DNA of 58,813 nt, counting the filler. It is 3 parts of 3 records of this genome, joined end to end, with 100 filler letters (N's around TTAATTAATTAA, not from the genome) between each part and the next. Parts side by side here need not be neighbours in the genome. Positions count along the whole stretch, not along the records: positions 48,395 to 58,813 come from DRR378314_342; 2 more parts are not named here. One strand, given 5' to 3'. The notes under the pieces were generated by a model. That model worked only from the letters and a program-made list of their open reading frames with translations. It was not told where the DNA came from and did not search any database. Within the stretch, counting starts at the first letter, position 1. Each line of letters starts with the position of its first letter. A program made the translations under genes and the position numbers. Positions 55,940 to 58,813 of the stretch are shown in pieces.

Positions 55940-55954
55940 GTAAAGGCTTGTAAA
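55940..55954. promoter_or_regulatory. CpxR-type tandem binding site
   Basis: GTAAA-GGCTT-GTAAA, an exact match to GTAAA-N5-GTAAA, between the divergent GT4 operon and cbpA. Confidence 0.6.
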
Positions 55955-56011
55955 AGCGCGGCCCGCCGCCATTAAGCGGTCAGAAAGGCCGCCAACGGGA
56001 GCACGGCAGCA

Positions 56012-56926
56012 ATGGAATTCAAGGACTATTACAAGATTCTCGGCGTACCACCGGAAGCGGACGATAAAGAGATCAAAGCCGCCTACCGGAAGCTGGCGCG
56101 CAAATATCATCCGGACGTCAATGCCGACGCCGACGCGGAAAGTAAATTCAAGGAAGTGGCGGAAGCCTACAAGGTGCTCAAGGACGCCGAAAAGCGCGCC
56201 GAGTACGATCAGCTGCGCCAGTTCCGTGACGCCCGCGGCGGCTTCCAGCCACCGCCGGGCTGGCAGAGTGCCGGCACCGCGTCCGGTGGCGGCCGGGAAG
56301 CGGATTTCTCCGACTTTTTTGAATCCCTGTTCGGTGGCGGATTCTCCCGACGCGGCGGTCCGCGCCCCGGCCGTGATCTGGAAATGGATCTGCCGTTGTT
56401 CCTTGAGGACACGGTGGCGGATACCCGTAAACCGATCAGCGTCCACGGTCGCACCCTCAATGTCACGATTCCCGCCGGCACCGCGGACAACGAGCGCATT
56501 CGTCTGAAAGGCAAAGGGGAACCGGGTAGCGACGGCGCGCCCTCCGGCGACCTCTACCTGCGCGTGCGGCTGGTGCCCCACCCGGTATTCGATGTGGAGG
56601 GCCACGATCTGCTCGTCACCGTGCCGGTGGCGCCCTGGGAAGCGGCCCTGGGCGCCAAACTGCAGGTGCCCACGCTCAGCGGACGCATCAGCCTGACCCT
56701 GCCGGCGGGCAGCCAGACCGGCCGCCGCCTGCGGGTCAAGGGCAAGGGTCTCGCCGGCAAGAAGACGCCGGGCGATCTTTACGCGATTATCAAAATCGTC
56801 ATGCCCGAGCGGATTTCCGATCGGGACCGTGAACTGTGGCGGGCGCTGGCCGAGCAGTCCGATTTTGACCCACGGGCGAACTGGGCCGGCGACGGCCGGC
56901 GCCATGACAAGGAGCCCCGAAAATGA
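56012..56926 (+). CDS. cbpA: Curved DNA-binding protein / class B J-domain co-chaperone
   Basis: [36 protein letters not shown], no zinc finger; followed by cbpM. Confidence 0.94.
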   Translation: MEFKDYYKILGVPPEADDKEIKAAYRKLARKYHPDVNADADAESKFKEVAEAYKVLKDAEKRAEYDQLRQFRDARGGFQPPPGWQSAGTASGGGREADFSDFFESLFGGGFSRRGGPRPGRDLEMDLPLFLEDTVADTRKPISVHGRTLNVTIPAGTADNERIRLKGKGEPGSDGAPSGDLYLRVRLVPHPVFDVEGHDLLVTVPVAPWEAALGAKLQVPTLSGRISLTLPAGSQTGRRLRVKGKGLAGKKTPGDLYAIIKIVMPERISDRDRELWRALAEQSDFDPRANWAGDGRRHDKEPRK

Positions 56927-57210
56927 ACACGCTGACCCTCACCGAAGTGTGCCGCCGGGTGTCCTTGCCGGAGCACGCGGTCATCGAAATCGTTGAAGTG
57001 GGTATCGTTACACCGGTGGCCGGTTCGGCGCGCGCCTGGCGTTTCGACGATCAAACCCTGATTGTGCTCAGCCGCGCGGCGCGCCTGCACGAGGACCTGG
57101 CCCTGGATTGGCACGGCGTCGCCCTGGCCCTGGAACTGCTTGAGGAAATCGACACCCTGCGCCGCGAGAACGAACAATTGCGACAACGGTTAAACCGCTT
57201 TCTGGACTGA
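56923..57210 (+). CDS. cbpM: Chaperone modulator
   Basis: MerR-like N-terminus, [30 protein letters not shown] overlap with cbpA. Confidence 0.93.
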   Translation: MNTLTLTEVCRRVSLPEHAVIEIVEVGIVTPVAGSARAWRFDDQTLIVLSRAARLHEDLALDWHGVALALELLEEIDTLRRENEQLRQRLNRFLD

Positions 57211-57211
57211 C

Positions 57212-57967
57212 TCAGGCGGCCGGATCCTGCCGGTAAAACAGACTCAGCTGCTCGTACAGCGCCGGCAGCACCTGGCGCAGATGCGCGGGGGATTCAAAAA
57301 AACTTTCCGTGGCCACGGCAAAAAACTCGCCGGGATCTTCCAGCGCATAAGGGTCGATAAAAGGTTCACCGCCCTGCTCCGCCCGCTCCAAAGCCTGCCA
57401 GGCCTCGGTGAAGACATCGTGCCAGCGCTGCGGATCCATGCCGGCGTGCAGCGGCGGCGCGCCGTTGGGCCCCTCGCGGCGCATATCCAGCTTATGGGCC
57501 AGCTCGTGCAGCACCACGTTGTAGCCGTCCTCGCCGCCGGACTCGAGCACGTCGCCCCAGGACAGAATCACCGGCCCCTGCAGCCAGGCTTCACCGGCCA
57601 GTTCCCGCCCGGCGTCGTGCACGATACCGAACTCGTCCATTTCGTTGTCCGGGGTGACGAAGGTGTCCTCGTAAACGATCAACGTGTACCAGCCGTCGTA
57701 CCAGTCCAGGCCCAGCCCGAACACCGGCACCACCGCCATGGTGGCGATCAGAAGCTGCATGTCGTCGGTGACGGTGAACTCGCCGCCGGCGGCGAACTCC
57801 TTGCGCACCAGAAAACGGCGGGTGAGATCGAACAACCGCTCCCGGTCGGCGCCCTGATACCGGGCCGCCACCGGCCAGCCGGCAATGGCGTTTTCCCATT
57901 GCGCCCGCGTCACCGGCAAACGCGCCAGCTTGCGATCTTCCAACCAGTCTCGAACCCGTCCGAACAT
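57212..57967 (-). CDS. mtfA: MtfA/M90-family zinc metallopeptidase
   Basis: LAGEAW.QGPVILSW, NVVLHELAHKLD, IDPYA..PGEFFAVATESFF, FYRQDP. Confidence 0.92.
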   Translation of the reverse strand: MFGRVRDWLEDRKLARLPVTRAQWENAIAGWPVAARYQGADRERLFDLTRRFLVRKEFAAGGEFTVTDDMQLLIATMAVVPVFGLGLDWYDGWYTLIVYEDTFVTPDNEMDEFGIVHDAGRELAGEAWLQGPVILSWGDVLESGGEDGYNVVLHELAHKLDMRREGPNGAPPLHAGMDPQRWHDVFTEAWQALERAEQGGEPFIDPYALEDPGEFFAVATESFFESPAHLRQVLPALYEQLSLFYRQDPAA

Positions 57968-58089
57968 GGCCTTCCCAGCGTAGAGGAGAGAGCGCAAAGC
58001 TTGCCGCTTTTGCCAACCGGACGCAAAGCGGTTTAGATAAGCACTGAAAAAAACCAAGCCACCGTAGAAAGACCATGGAAGGAGCCCCC

Positions 58090-58752
58090 ATGACCCATCG
58101 CTACCGCCTGATCGCCGTGTTCGCCCTGCTGCTGCTCGGCCCCGCGGCCCACGCCCAGGCCACGCGCGAAGCGGCGTCCGCGCTGCGCAGCGGCGCCGAC
58201 CAGGCGCGCTACTGGCAATGGGGCTGGAGCGCCTTCTACGGCGGCAGCAGCGCCTATTCCCTGGTGCACGCCCGCGACACCGACGACCCGGAGGAGCGCT
58301 ACGACGATTACATCAACGCCACCAAGGCGGCGCTGGGGCTGGCCGGCACCCTGCTGTTCGCCCCTTCCCACGGCGATGCCTACCGGGAATATCAGGCCCT
58401 GGACGACAAGGACACACCGGAAGCGCGCGCCGCCACGCGCATCCTGATCGCCGGGCTGGCCGAGGAGGAAGCCCGCCAGCGGGCCTGGCAAAGCCGGCTG
58501 GGCGGTTTGATCGTCAACGGCCTGGCCGGGCTCGCCATCGGCGTGGAAGACAACCGCCCCGGCGACGGCTGGGTGAACTTCGCCACCGGCATGCTGACCA
58601 CCGAGCTCAACGTGCGCACCCGGCCGGACACCGCCACCCACTTTCTGGAGCGGGAGCCGGACTTCCGTCTCAAGGCCAACGGAGCCACTCTTCCGATCTA
58701 TGTGAACTGGGCGGTGGGCCCGATGTTCGCGGGCTTGGAGGTCAGGTTCTGA
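58090..58752 (+). CDS. Hypothetical exported/membrane protein
   Basis: AGGAG RBS, signal peptide ending AHA|Q, Gly-rich hydrophobic helices, C-terminal ..AGLEVRF. Confidence 0.8.
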   Translation: MTHRYRLIAVFALLLLGPAAHAQATREAASALRSGADQARYWQWGWSAFYGGSSAYSLVHARDTDDPEERYDDYINATKAALGLAGTLLFAPSHGDAYREYQALDDKDTPEARAATRILIAGLAEEEARQRAWQSRLGGLIVNGLAGLAIGVEDNRPGDGWVNFATGMLTTELNVRTRPDTATHFLEREPDFRLKANGATLPIYVNWAVGPMFAGLEVRF

Positions 58753-58786
58753 GGGTGGGAATAACCGGCGCTACGAAGCGCTCATT

Positions 58787-58813
58787 GTGGGAGCTTGCCT
58801 TGCAAGCGAAAGG
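58787..58813 (+). repeat. GTGG-family REP sequence at the window end
   Basis: GTGGGAGCTTGC-CTT-GCAAGCGAAAGG; same scaffold as the REP at 48395-48421 with compensatory stem changes. Confidence 0.8.

Overview
The window is a composite of three unrelated contigs joined by two identical 100-nt artificial spacers (44 N + TTAATTAATTAA + 44 N, at 27833-27932 and 48295-48394). (1) 1-27832 is an intron-rich unicellular eukaryote. By reading GT-AG junctions I rebuilt gamma-tubulin (7 exons, partial), a long coiled-coil protein resembling CCDC171 with a PACT-like motif, an intronless protein disulfide isomerase, a BET1-like SNARE, nucleoporin Seh1 (10 exons), a small two-exon Cox7a-like gene, an LPG1-like glycosyltransferase with two apparent lesions, dynein light chain roadblock and a SAM methyltransferase. 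(2) 27933-48294 looks like a Roseobacter-group alphaproteobacterium: purine/urate catabolism (guaD, puuD, LysR, uraH, puuE-uraD, allA, NCS2 permease, allE-like, glycerate kinase), a homoprotocatechuate meta-cleavage cluster with an embedded aromatic-amino-acid decarboxylase and no hpaBC, a DUF4139 gene and the 3' end of asd. (3) 48395-58813 is a GC-rich gammaproteobacterium (Alcanivorax-like by inference), bounded by REP sequences: isochorismatase, orphan ectD, LysR plus a Tat sulfatase, a glycosyltransferase/deacetylase/flippase operon next to a perfect CpxR-type box, cbpA-cbpM, mtfA and a hypothetical exported protein. The best candidates for under-described biology are the HexSDF-like amino-glycolipid operon and the decarboxylase-containing hpa cluster. 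All family assignments come from motif recognition; no database searches were run.
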